This document shows positions 63,876 to 64,000 of a stretch of DNA of 64,000 nucleotides, one piece after another. Source of the DNA: Balanoglossus misakiensis. Its lineage: Eukaryota > Animalia > Hemichordata. Location of the stretch: assembly GCA_040954595.2 (NCBI GenBank), contig CM082598.2, positions 4,727,097 to 4,791,096 on the forward strand, read 5' to 3'. Position 1 is the stretch's first letter. Each line of letters starts with the position of its first letter. Made by a program: the position numbers and the translations under genes. The notes under the pieces were generated by a model that worked only from the letters and a program-made list of their open reading frames with translations, had not been told where the DNA came from and made no database searches.

Positions 63876-64000
63876 GTAAGAGAGTTTCAAGTCTGCTCAT
63901 GACCTCCCGGGAACGAAGATGACAGCTCACAAATTTGATGAAACACTCCGCCAGACCCTTCGGAGCAACGACAATAAACAAACGAGTCCCGGACGGAATT

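Overview
AT-rich animal genomic DNA; intron-rich genes and dense MITEs suggest a marine invertebrate deuterostome (inference). I assembled three spliced genes by hand from GT-AG boundaries and frame continuity. (1) MON1 (+, 12 coding exons, 1289-8928; the start exon was not found). (2) A PAWR/Par-4 orthologue (-, 6 exons, 49712 to 28631) with a large Ser-Pro repeat exon. (3) The 3' end of PPP1R12/MYPT (-, 61763 to 54379), possibly including an internal first exon for a short M20/M21-like isoform. The MYPT-then-PAWR tandem order matches human chr12. The ~14 kb between the MON1 and PAWR 3' ends is a structured repeat island. It holds a P-like foldback element, triplicated promoter-like modules, a 106/102-bp YY1-motif satellite with a 306-bp higher-order repeat, a 47-bp satellite with inverted flanks, alternating palindromes, a T-shaped nested hairpin, and convergent non-coding exon-like segments. 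Introns hold at least seven MITE families. Most ORFs in the supplied track are spurious. Gene names rest on remembered protein motifs; no database search was run.
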